31,017 nucleotides of DNA from a virus, in the IMG/VR virus record IMGVR_UViG_3300021082_000017; one strand, 5' to 3'. This document shows positions 15,384 to 21,355 of the stretch, piece by piece. The notes below the pieces were generated by a model. It was not told the DNA's origin. It was given only the letters and a program-made list of their open reading frames with translations, and ran no database searches. Made by a program: the position numbers and the translations under genes. How positions within the stretch are numbered: the first letter of the stretch is position 1; each line of letters starts with the position of its first letter.

Positions 15384-17141
15384 ATGGGTCTGCTGCTCAA
15401 CGGCTCGACGCAGTGGGTGACGCTGGGCACTGGCGTCAACATCGCCAACACGCGGCCGATCTCGTTCGCCGTCCTGTACGACTCGACGAACCTGCGGACG
15501 GCCGGCGCCTACGGCACGCTGCTGAGCCAGGGCCGCGTCTGGTACGGCAGCGGCTCGGGCGGCTGGTCGCTGCTGGTCGAGGCGGCGGCGGCGCCCCGGT
15601 TAGAGCTGGGCCTCAACTACACGGGCGCCGGCAACGGCTCGTCGCACAGCACCTTCACGACCACGCCGAATACCGGCATCCACCTGGCGGCCGGCGTGAT
15701 CTACGACAACGGCAGCAACACGCGCTTCCGGTACTTTCACTATCGCTACTCGAACGCGACCTTCCAGGGCGAGGCGGCGAGCGTGCCGAGCCTGGCGACC
15801 GACGCCAACATCGGCACCAGCAACGTCGCCGACCCGTTCCTGATCGGCGCCGGCTGGACGGGCGCGGCGACCGAGGACTGGTTCCCCGGCACCATCCTCT
15901 GGGCGGCGGTGTTCTCCCACGACCTGGGCCTGGGCGGCGGCACGACGCTGGCGGCCCTGCCGCAGATGGCGGCGCTGATCTTCCAGGGACCGTGGGCGAT
16001 GGCCGACCGGATGCTCGGCTTCTGGTCCTTCCAGACCGGCTCGGCGATTGACCTGAGCCGGGCGGCGACGCGGCGCAACGGCACGCTGACCGGCTCGCCC
16101 AGCTACAGCTACGCGAAGTCGATCATCGTCACCGGCACGCCGCCGGGCGGCGTCTGGCGCATCATCCGCGGCCCGGCCGGTGGCGGCGGCGGCGTCACCG
16201 TCGACCTGACCAGTGTGCCGGCAACGGCCGCGAGCTCGGCCGTCAACCCGACGGTGGTGCAGGCCAGCCTGACGCTGAACCTGACGGCGGTCGTCGCCGC
16301 GGCGGTGAGCTCGGCGGTCAATCCTACTGTCCTCCAGGGCAGCCTGACGATCAACGCCACGGCCTCGCCAGCGACGGCAGCCGGCACGGCCATCGACCCG
16401 ACCGTCACGATCAGTGGTGGCGGGCTCACGGTCAACCTGGCGAGCCTGCCGGCCACGGCCACCAGCTCGGCGGTCACGCCTACCGTCGTCCAGGCCAGCG
16501 TCACCGTCAACGTCAGCGCGGTGGTGGCGACGGCAGCTGGCACGGCCGTCACGCCCACCGTCAGCATCACCGGCGGTGGCCTGACGGTCAATGTCTCGGC
16601 ATCGCCGGCGACGGCCACCTCGAGCGCCATCAGCCCGACCGTCCGCCAGGCCAGCCTGACCATCAATGTGACGGCGTCACCGGCGTCGGCGACGAGCTCG
16701 GCGGTCACGCCAACGGTCACCCTGAGTGGTGGCGGCGTGCTGGTGAATGTGAGTGCCGTGCCGGCCACCGCCAGCGGCACGGCGGTCACGCCGAGCGTGC
16801 GCCTGGGCAGCGTCACCGCCACGCCAGCGGCCGCGGTGGCCGTTGCGAGTGCCATCACCCCAACGGTGCGCCAGAGCAGCGTCACGGTCAACCTGGCGGC
16901 CCGGCCGGCACTGGCGGTGTCCAGTGCGCTGGACCCGACGGTGGTGTCGGCGTTCGCCGTGGTGCGGCCGGTGCGCTCGACCAGCGTGCTGATCACGCGG
17001 GCGGCCAGCCTGAGTGGGCTGGTGGTGGTGGCGCGCGCCGGCGTGGCCATGACATCACCCGCAAGTGACGCCGCGGCAGCCGCGTCGCCGACGAGTAGCG
17101 CAACACAGCGTGCGCCGTCATCGACGGCCACGCTCGTCTAG
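15384..17141 (+). CDS. LamG/concanavalin-A-like lectin-domain protein with a C-terminal tandem-repeat array (putative fibre/adhesin)
   Basis: taaATG junction. The N-terminal ~250 aa (LLLNGSTQWVTLG...PISFAVLY...GIHLAAGVIYDNGSNTRFRYF...) fit the LamG-domain pattern seen in phage proteins. Residues 271-524 are ten imperfect repeats. Confidence 0.6.
   Translation: MGLLLNGSTQWVTLGTGVNIANTRPISFAVLYDSTNLRTAGAYGTLLSQGRVWYGSGSGGWSLLVEAAAAPRLELGLNYTGAGNGSSHSTFTTTPNTGIHLAAGVIYDNGSNTRFRYFHYRYSNATFQGEAASVPSLATDANIGTSNVADPFLIGAGWTGAATEDWFPGTILWAAVFSHDLGLGGGTTLAALPQMAALIFQGPWAMADRMLGFWSFQTGSAIDLSRAATRRNGTLTGSPSYSYAKSIIVTGTPPGGVWRIIRGPAGGGGGVTVDLTSVPATAASSAVNPTVVQASLTLNLTAVVAAAVSSAVNPTVLQGSLTINATASPATAAGTAIDPTVTISGGGLTVNLASLPATATSSAVTPTVVQASVTVNVSAVVATAAGTAVTPTVSITGGGLTVNVSASPATATSSAISPTVRQASLTINVTASPASATSSAVTPTVTLSGGGVLVNVSAVPATASGTAVTPSVRLGSVTATPAAAVAVASAITPTVRQSSVTVNLAARPALAVSSALDPTVVSAFAVVRPVRSTSVLITRAASLSGLVVVARAGVAMTSPASDAAAAASPTSSATQRAPSSTATLV
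16194..16955 (+). repeat. Ten in-frame imperfect tandem repeats of 23-27 aa (69-81 nt), consensus (L/V)T(V/I)N(L/V)(T/S)AxPATAxSSAVxPTVxQ(A/G)S with or without GGG
   Basis: VTVDLTSVPATAASSAVNPTVVQAS / LTLNLTAVVAAAVSSAVNPTVLQGS / LTINATASPATAAGTAIDPTVTISGGG / LTVNLASLPATATSSAVTPTVVQAS / VTVNVSAVVATAAGTAVTPTVSITGGG / LTVNVSASPATATSSAISPTVRQAS / LTINVTASPASATSSAVTPTVTLSGGG / VLVNVSAVPATASGTAVTPSVRLGS / VTATPAAAVAVASAITPTVRQSS / VTVNLAARPALAVSSALDPTVVSAF. Confidence 0.85.
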
Positions 17142-17149
17142 GGGGCACG

Positions 17150-17509
17150 ATGGCAGCACTCACGATGACGCGCGGCGACTCGGCGACGATCACCGTCACC
17201 GTCGTCGGTGGCGACGGCGAGCCGGTGGACCTGACCGGTAAGACGCTACGGTTCACGGCCAAGGCCAGCCCGGCCGACGCCCAGGCCGAGGCGGTCATCG
17301 CCAAGAGCACCGGCGCCGGTATCACGCATCAGGCCCAGGTCGGCGCCACCAAAGGGCTGGCCGACGTGACGATCGACCCGGCCAATACGGCGGCGGTGCC
17401 GGCCTATCCCGTGGCGCTGGTGTACGACGTGCAACTGACCGACGGCGCCAACACCTACACGACCGAGTCGGGCAGCCTCACCGTGCGACCGGATGTGACG
17501 ACGACCTGA
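17150..17509 (+). CDS. Ig-like / BppU-N-like small structural protein (119 aa), probable
   Basis: AGGGGG 17140-17145, ATG 17150. The pattern TRGDSATITVTVVGGDGEPVDLTGKTLRFTAK...VYDVQLTDGANTYTTESGSLTVRPDVT is typical of small beta-sandwich phage fibre/baseplate accessory proteins. Confidence 0.45.
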   Translation: MAALTMTRGDSATITVTVVGGDGEPVDLTGKTLRFTAKASPADAQAEAVIAKSTGAGITHQAQVGATKGLADVTIDPANTAAVPAYPVALVYDVQLTDGANTYTTESGSLTVRPDVTTT

Positions 17510-17559
17510 GCGGTATGCTAGACTAGCACAGGCGCGACTGATCAGCAGAAGGGTTCTGC

Positions 17560-18051
17560 GTGGCCATGCTGATGCCGATGCCTGAGCCGCCGACACGGCG
17601 TGTCTTCATCACGGTCAGCGAGCGGCAGAAGTTCGTGCGCTATCTGCGCCTGTACTTCGCCTGGCGCGACGGTGGCCGCGGCGACCCGCCCTGGCTGCGG
17701 TCGGGCGTGGCGCGGGCCACCCGGTTCGATCTGCCGCGGGTGCGGAGCTCAGCGCCGGGCAGTCGCTCGCCGATGGCGGTTGACCCGTATGAGGATACCG
17801 ACGGCTGGCTGACCTCGCTCGACCGGCTGGTGAACGCGCTCGGGCGGGATGACCCGCTGCTGGTGCTGATGCTGCGCTGGAAGTCTGCCGAGGCGCACGC
17901 GATCGAGCGCGGCATCCAGCGCCTGACCAACGCCGAGATTGCGGGGCGGCTGTGCATGACCGAACGCCAGGTCATCGAGCAGTGGGGCCAGCTCGCGGTG
18001 CGGTTCATCAACGAGCTCTGGCCGGGCAGCAGCGGCGGCTTCGCGCGCTAG
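17560..18051 (+). CDS. HTH protein with sigma-70 region-4 / LuxR-like C-terminus (putative transcription regulator)
   Basis: GAAGGG 17548-17553, GTG 17560. C-terminal LTNAEIAGRLCMTERQVIEQWGQLAVRFINEL is an HTH resembling sigma region 4. It is the last gene before the strong terminator. Confidence 0.4.
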   Translation: MAMLMPMPEPPTRRVFITVSERQKFVRYLRLYFAWRDGGRGDPPWLRSGVARATRFDLPRVRSSAPGSRSPMAVDPYEDTDGWLTSLDRLVNALGRDDPLLVLMLRWKSAEAHAIERGIQRLTNAEIAGRLCMTERQVIEQWGQLAVRFINELWPGSSGGFAR

Positions 18052-18057
18052 ACACAC

Positions 18058-18098
18058 GAACGCCCCCAGTCCTCTTCACCGGACTGGGGGCGTTCTTT
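18058..18098 (+). terminator. Intrinsic terminator between convergent genes
   Basis: Perfect 15-bp stem GAACGCCCCCAGTCC (18058-18072) / GGACTGGGGGCGTTC (18081-18095), 8-nt loop, then TTTGCG. It sits between the + gene ending at 18051 and the - gene ending at 18106. Confidence 0.8.
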
Positions 18099-18105
18099 GC
18101 GATGG

Positions 18106-18732
18106 CTAGTCCTTTGGCAACTGCGAGACGGCCTGCTCGATCATCGCCCGACCTTCGGCCATCTCGACGTTTGCTTTGTTCATCTTGGGCACGGCGTCCG
18201 TGCTCGTCGGGCTATCGATGCCGACGAGCACGTCGTACGACGCCGCGTTGAATTTCGCGAGGCCAGCCAGATAGCTGAGATGCGCCTCGCGGAAGCGTTC
18301 TGGCGGCGTGGCCGCTTGCGCCGAGACGTAGCTGCGTTGCCATCGCAACAGCTCGAGCCGCACCGACGAACGCCAGACAGCATTGTCAAATTTCGGGGTT
18401 TCGAGGAGCGTGCCAAACTTCGTCAAACTCGTGCCCATTTCGGTCGTGTGCTTGGAGATGAACGTCCGATAGTCCGCGTCCGTCATGCCTGCGGGTGCGG
18501 TTGGCTCCGGCTTCGGGGCGGCAGTCGGCTTCGGCGCCTCGGTTGGTCGGACGGTCGGCACGGCAGTGGCCGCCACGACGGTGGCCGCTGGCGTCGCGGC
18601 CTGGTCGGTGGCCGGCTTGCCCATCTGGCCCATCAGGCCGATGGCGAACAGGACTGCCAGCGAACCGCCGACGATCTTCAAGGTACGGCCGTTCTTGGGG
18701 CGGGCTGGGGGCGGGGTCTGGGTCGCGCTCAT
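18106..18732 (-). CDS. Membrane-anchored protein (signal-anchor TM, Pro/Thr/Ala linker, helical C-domain); lysogenic-conversion or superinfection-exclusion candidate
   Basis: ATG 18732 with GGAG 8 nt upstream on the minus strand (alternative ATG 18759). MSATQTPPPARPKNGRTLKIVGGSLAVLFAIGLMGQMGKP, then an ATPAATVVAATAVPTVRPTEAPKPTAAPKPEPTAP linker, then a ~125-aa helical domain. The 343-aa track ORF overruns the + strand xis-like gene. Confidence 0.6.
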   Translation of the reverse strand: MSATQTPPPARPKNGRTLKIVGGSLAVLFAIGLMGQMGKPATDQAATPAATVVAATAVPTVRPTEAPKPTAAPKPEPTAPAGMTDADYRTFISKHTTEMGTSLTKFGTLLETPKFDNAVWRSSVRLELLRWQRSYVSAQAATPPERFREAHLSYLAGLAKFNAASYDVLVGIDSPTSTDAVPKMNKANVEMAEGRAMIEQAVSQLPKD

Positions 18733-18897
18733 GAACAGGGCTCCGTTCGTCGTGGTCATTCGCACCGGCACATCGCCGGCACGCACTGAACTACGCCCTA
18801 CCCGTTCAGATAGTTTTATCGTCGGTACATACATCGTTGTCGTCGGTTCTGGCGTACATTCTCGTGGGACTGAGCGAGCACTGACGAAGGGAACACG

Positions 18898-19104
18898 ATG
18901 GACCGCGACGATTATCTGACGGTGGATGAGGTGGCCGCGCGGCTGAAGGTCTCGCCGGAGATCGTGCGCGAGTGGCTGCGGAAGGGTGAACTGGGTGGCT
19001 TCCGCCTGGGCGGCGCGCGGGCCGGCTGGCGCGTCACGCCCGACGACCTGGCGGCGTTCGTCGAGCAGCGGCGGGCCGAGAGCCAGGCCGGGCGGAACGC
19101 CTGA
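18898..19104 (+). CDS. Excisionase-family (HTH_17 / MerR-like) DNA-binding protein, excisionase candidate
   Basis: GAAGGGA RBS, ATG 18898. YLTVDEVAARLKVSPEIVREWLRKGELGGFRLGGARAGWRVTPDDLAAFVE matches the excisionase-family DNA-binding domain pattern. It lies next to the putative attP and int. Confidence 0.7.
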   Translation: MDRDDYLTVDEVAARLKVSPEIVREWLRKGELGGFRLGGARAGWRVTPDDLAAFVEQRRAESQAGRNA

Positions 19105-19109
19105 GGTAC

Positions 19110-19123
19110 GGTAAATATTTACC
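19110..19123. repeat. Perfect 14-bp AT-rich palindrome GGTAAATATTTACC
   Basis: Read directly. It is conspicuous against the GC-rich background and lies 6 nt after the xis-like stop codon. Confidence 0.9.
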
Positions 19124-19179
19124 CTATCCGCTGACATCGAGGGTCACGACGGCACATCCAGCGACAGTGTAACAGCCAG

Positions 19180-19230
19180 GAATGCCCGCTTCTACTGGGG
19201 AAATCGCCCACGGGAGCGGGCATTCTGTTT
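19180..19230 (+). terminator. Long hairpin (11-bp stem GAATGCCCGCT / AGCGGGCATTC, 24-nt loop) followed by TGTTTG: possible terminator or recombination-site structure
   Basis: Stem arms at 19180-19190 and 19215-19225 read directly. The T-tract is weak and the loop is large for a classical terminator. Confidence 0.3.
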
Positions 19231-19294
19231 GCCGCTTGCCGTTTGTGACCAGCACCAGCATGAGATGGCCGTTCTGCTCGGCGGGGCGGGTGAT

Positions 19295-20452
19295 TCAGCC
19301 CGTCGCCGCCGCGGCGTTCACCGCGTTGTGTACCCTATCGTCCGGTGGCGCCAGTGATTCGGCCATCAGGTCGGCTGGAAGGTGCGACCCGCCGGGAATG
19401 GCGTAGACGTAGCGCGCCGTGGTGGCGATGCTCTTGTGGCCAGCCAGTTGCTGGACGGCGGGCAGGGGGGCGCCCGCGGCGAGGAGCAGCGAGATGGCGC
19501 CTCGACGCAACGAATGCAGTGGCGCCCGCGGCAACCCGGCCCGGTCCTGGCAGCGGTCGAGGAGCACGTTGATCGTCGCCTCCCACATCGGTGTGCCCTT
19601 CGTGGTGGTGAAGACGAGGTCGGTGACCGGCCACGGGCGACGGGCACGCGCACGCTCATTGTCCTGGCGTGCGCGGTGGTCGCGCAGCGCGGTCACCACC
19701 GCGGCCGGCAGCACCAGCGACCGGGCGCTGTCCGCTTTCGGTGGCCGCTCGACCATGCCGCGCCCCACCTCGTACTGGCGTTGGACCGTGATGGCGAGCG
19801 TGGCCCCGTCCAGGTCGACGTCGCGCCAGCGTAGGCCGAGCATCTCGCCGCGGCGGGTGCCCAGGTAGGCCGAGCAGATAATGAAGGCGCCCAGTCGCTC
19901 ACCGTCCGCCGCGGCCAGCAGGCGCCGCACCTCGTCGGCTGTATACATGGTGAACGTCGTCGACGCGCTCGGCACCGGCCGCGCCAGGCGGGCCGGGTTG
20001 GTGGCCAGCAGGCCCAGGCGTTGGGCATCAGCCAGGGCGCCACCGAGGACCATCCTGGCCTTGGCCGCGGCGGCCGGCTTCGTCGCTGCCAGCCGCCGCG
20101 TGAATCGCTCCACGATGGCTGGAGAGAGGTCGGAGAGGCGCGTGTGACCCAGGGCAGGGATGACGTGTGCGAGCGCCTGCTGATAGCTTCTGACGGTGTT
20201 GGGCGCCAGGTCGGTGCGGCCGGCCAGCCAGTCGGTCAGGTAGGCGTCCAGCGGTTGGCGGGCGTCGGGCGAGAGCCGGTGGGCGTCGCGGGCATTCAGC
20301 AGCCGCCGCAGCTCCGCCTCTTGTCGCCGCCCGGTGTTGTCGTCGGCCGGGCACCAGGCATAGACGCGCTGGCCGGCCACCGTCACGTAACAGCCCAGGC
20401 GCCCGTCGCCGCGCGTGACGAGGCTGCCGGTGCCCTTGGCGCGACGGGTCAC
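19295..20452 (-). CDS. int: Tyrosine integrase (phage integrase family)
   Basis: 385 aa. N-terminal RRAKGTGSLVTRGDGRLGCYV is SAM-like/arm-type. The C-terminal catalytic region contains ...LGTRRGEMLGLRW..., HSLRRGAISLLLAAGAPLPAVQQLAGHKSIATTARYVY (the R, H-x-x-R and Y residues). GTG start overlaps the repressor stop. Confidence 0.93.
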   Translation of the reverse strand: MTRRAKGTGSLVTRGDGRLGCYVTVAGQRVYAWCPADDNTGRRQEAELRRLLNARDAHRLSPDARQPLDAYLTDWLAGRTDLAPNTVRSYQQALAHVIPALGHTRLSDLSPAIVERFTRRLAATKPAAAAKARMVLGGALADAQRLGLLATNPARLARPVPSASTTFTMYTADEVRRLLAAADGERLGAFIICSAYLGTRRGEMLGLRWRDVDLDGATLAITVQRQYEVGRGMVERPPKADSARSLVLPAAVVTALRDHRARQDNERARARRPWPVTDLVFTTTKGTPMWEATINVLLDRCQDRAGLPRAPLHSLRRGAISLLLAAGAPLPAVQQLAGHKSIATTARYVYAIPGGSHLPADLMAESLAPPDDRVHNAVNAAAATG

Positions 20453-21033
20453 CGGCCCAGCGGTGGGCGTGGGTGCGTCGACGCGAGCACATCGATCATC
20501 ACGCCCACGACCTCGAAGCCGTCCGGTGGCAGTGTCAACGTCCCGAGCTTGCTGGTGAACTCCCAGTTGCCATTCTGCTGCACCAGCTTCTTGATGTGCC
20601 GCTCATTGCCAACCTGAATCTCTACCACCTTGCCCACCGCCGCCTGCCCCTCGCGATCCATCAGCACCCAATTCCCCGTCTTGATTTCCGGCGTCAGGCA
20701 ATCGCCCTCGACGAAGAGGAAGTAGAGACGACCGCCGGCGTATTCGTCGAGGTCCGCGCCACGCGGCGGGTAGGCTGCCGCCACGCCGTGCACGGGCACG
20801 CGCGTCACGCGCTCCAGCACGGGTGGCGTGCCCGCCGCCGCGGCCGCGATCTCCTCAACCGTCACGCCCAACACCTCCGCCATCCGGTGCAGATGGCTGA
20901 CCTTCAGGTCGCCGCCATTCGACCAGCGCGACACGGTGCCCTGCGCCACCCCCATCAGGTCGGCGAACACGGTCTGCTTCAAGCCGCGCCGCTTCAGTTG
21001 CGCCTTGAGCCAGTCCCGAAAGGTCGTGTCCAT
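20449..21033 (-). CDS. CI/LexA-like repressor: XRE-type HTH plus S24 peptidase-like domain (Cys at the nucleophile position)
   Basis: ATG 21033 (MDTTFRDWLKAQLKRRGLKQTVFADLMGVAQGTVSRWSNG...), an Ala-Gly-containing linker (AAAAAGT), then VEGDCLTPEIKTGNWVLMD...HIKKL aligned by eye to the GxSM...K dyad of LexA/CI/UmuD. It is divergent from the Cro-like gene. The track start at 21144 would cover the switch region. Confidence 0.85.
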   Translation of the reverse strand: MDTTFRDWLKAQLKRRGLKQTVFADLMGVAQGTVSRWSNGGDLKVSHLHRMAEVLGVTVEEIAAAAAGTPPVLERVTRVPVHGVAAAYPPRGADLDEYAGGRLYFLFVEGDCLTPEIKTGNWVLMDREGQAAVGKVVEIQVGNERHIKKLVQQNGNWEFTSKLGTLTLPPDGFEVVGVMIDVLASTHPRPPLGR

Positions 21034-21039
21034 GCCATC

Positions 21040-21045
21040 ACTATA
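21040..21045 (-). promoter_or_regulatory. Possible -10 (TATAGT on minus strand), 6 nt upstream of the repressor ATG, implying a leaderless repressor mRNA
   Basis: The minus strand reads ...ttgcgtatgcgTATAGTgatggcATG. There is no Shine-Dalgarno before ATG 21033, and the -35 is poor. Confidence 0.3.
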
Positions 21046-21110
21046 CGCATACGCAAGTGACGCTTGACATCGTATCCGCATACTGCTAATATCAGAATGC
21101 GAATACGAAT
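21043..21110. promoter_or_regulatory. Three operator-like copies of a CGCATAC(G)-type motif in the cI/cro intergenic region
   Basis: CGCATACG 21046-21053; CGTATCCGCATAC 21071-21083 (within the promoter spacer); GCGAATACG 21099-21107 (just downstream of the -10). Confidence 0.45.
21064..21092 (+). promoter_or_regulatory. Rightward early promoter (PR-like): TTGACA, 17-nt spacer, TAATAT
   Basis: TTGACA 21064-21069 and TAATAT 21087-21092 read directly. It is followed by GGGAGGGAG and GTG 21125 of the Cro-like gene. Confidence 0.6.
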
Positions 21111-21124
21111 AGGCGGGAGGGAGC

Positions 21125-21355
21125 GTGCTACGGTACTCAGCCACGAATATTCTCGATGTCCTGGAGCGCTTGGAGCGCGACGAAGCGTGGCTGGCTCGGA
21201 AGACCGGCTACGACCTGTCCTATGTCTGGCGCATCAATCGCGGTCAGCGCCCGATCACGGCCGCCTACGTCGACCGCGTCTGCGCCGTGCTCAACTTGCC
21301 GCCGCATGTGTTGTTCGTCGTTGCCGCCGACAGCGCCCCTGCCGAGGTGGCCTAG
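21125..21355 (+). CDS. Cro-like XRE-family HTH regulator (76 aa)
   Basis: GTG 21125 after GGGAGGGAG. WLARKTGYDLSYVWRINRGQRPITAAYVDRVCAVLNL is an XRE-type HTH. It is divergent from the repressor. Confidence 0.7.
   Translation: MLRYSATNILDVLERLERDEAWLARKTGYDLSYVWRINRGQRPITAAYVDRVCAVLNLPPHVLFVVAADSAPAEVA

Larger units (their letters stand above)
19105..19294. other. Non-coding region downstream of int: candidate attP
   Basis: This is the only sizeable non-coding stretch adjacent to the integrase 3' end. It holds an AT-rich perfect palindrome and a long hairpin. The core cannot be defined without the bacterial attB. Confidence 0.4.

Noticed and set aside
16194-16955. Tandem repeat array considered as a possible CRISPR or non-coding satellite
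   Set aside because: The units are imperfect, contiguous (no unique spacers) and of variable 69-81-nt length. They maintain one open reading frame with GC3 bias, so this is a coding repeat and not a CRISPR array.
16109-17131. 340-aa minus-strand ORF antisense to the LamG/repeat gene, with similar long antisense ORFs at 5911-6846, 7309-8307, 8171-9091, 10342-11892, 21980-23041, 23697-24695 and 27544-28800
   Set aside because: These are typical shadow ORFs of a GC-rich genome. They are stop-poor antisense frames with Ala/Arg/Gly/Pro-rich, low-complexity translations and no Shine-Dalgarno. They fully overlap + strand genes that carry strong family signatures and coupled starts.
10393-17141. Diversity-generating retroelement or other targeted hypervariation acting on the C1q-like fibre or LamG protein
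   Set aside because: There is no reverse transcriptase gene anywhere in the genome. I found no template-repeat copy of either C-terminal region, and no adenine-specific mismatch pattern between repeats.
18733-19137. Upstream extension of the minus-strand ORF to 19137 (343-aa version)
   Set aside because: The extension runs antisense through the well-supported excisionase-type gene (18898-19104) and the AT-rich palindrome. It lacks an RBS and is Arg/Pro-rich. ATG 18732 has GGAG at the correct spacing and sits directly before the TM helix.
19141-19148. GGGTCACG in the putative attP region matches the CGTGACCC half-sites at 21568-21616, suggesting a shared Xis/Int arm site
   Set aside because: The same 8-mer also occurs inside coding sequence (22183-22190, 22593-22600, 26953-26960), because GTG-ACC (Val-Thr) codon pairs are common here. 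A single extra copy is not evidence, and only the four-site cluster is reported.
20449-20560. attP located inside the 3' end of the repressor gene (full integration-dependent immunity model)
   Set aside because: There is no tRNA-like or palindromic core in this segment. The repressor C-terminus (…THPRPPLGR) is not ssrA-tag-like, and truncation here would remove part of the S24 fold. I kept this only as an alternative to test under the rep-int coupling finding.
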